Assembly: GCA_002633005.1 (NCBI GenBank)
Contig: NMRA01000092.1
Span: forward strand, 839,116 to 903,115
DNA length: 64,000 nucleotides
Source of the DNA: Phoronis australis
Lineage: Eukaryota > Animalia > Phoronida
Direction of reading: 5' to 3'
Positions 63,681 through 64,000 of the stretch are shown here, one piece after another. The position numbers and the translations under genes were made by a program. The first letter of the stretch is position 1. Each line of letters starts with the position of its first letter. The notes beneath the pieces are model-generated. The model was not told where the DNA came from and ran no database searches. It worked only from the letters and a program-made list of their open reading frames with translations.

Positions 63681-64000
63681 GTAAGTACTGGTTTTGTTAT
63701 GTTAGAAATCCTGTGATTGTGAGCACTGAAAAGACTGAATTGTTATGTTCCCACGTATGCATCATGCGGTTGCATGATACAGTCAGCTACATGTGACATC
63801 CTGCTTCTGTTAGGAACCTGCCACAGTATTGCATATACATATTCCAGGATGGCTAATTCTGTCAAGAGCAAAAAGACTGGTAATAATCATTAAGGTAGCA
63901 AAATTCTAACTACAGAATGTTATAGCCACCTTAACAACTTTACCAGTATTCCTTCTTCGTTGTTGTGCATGAGGGGAGGCTATCTTGATTATGAATTCGG

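Overview
This is AT-rich, intron-containing animal genomic DNA. The miR-2001 plus miR-252 content points to a non-vertebrate bilaterian; the repeats resemble those of molluscs and other lophotrochozoans (inference). In order along the window: (1) 265-4220 (+), the last four coding exons of an IGFBP-related protein (Kazal + Ig I-set, IGFBP7/KAZALD1 family) ending in ...KKGGEL*. (2) About 9.7-17.4 kb (-), two tandem, mutually related TATA-driven first exons that encode signal peptides, plus two spliceable Cys-containing downstream exons, i.e. candidate orphan secreted-protein genes. (3) 22524-25137, a decayed two-gene ISL2EU-type DNA transposon (AT TSD, TIRs, convergent THAP and SAP remnants). 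(4) 34.4-39.2 kb (+), a miR-2001/miR-252b/miR-252a cluster, faced by a convergent minus-strand TATA/CCAAT/E-box promoter at about 39.85 kb whose predicted transcript carries stacked small ORFs and would run antisense into the hairpins. (5) 47349 to beyond 63680 (+), at least 14 exons of a TTC31-like gene with an N-terminal J-domain (HPD), charged coiled coil, TPRs and a UBA-like domain. The remainder is LINE remnants, 5-bp-TSD MITEs, Helentron-like elements carrying CTCF-like motifs, tandem repeats and three N gaps. All calls come from reading the sequence by eye; no searches were run.
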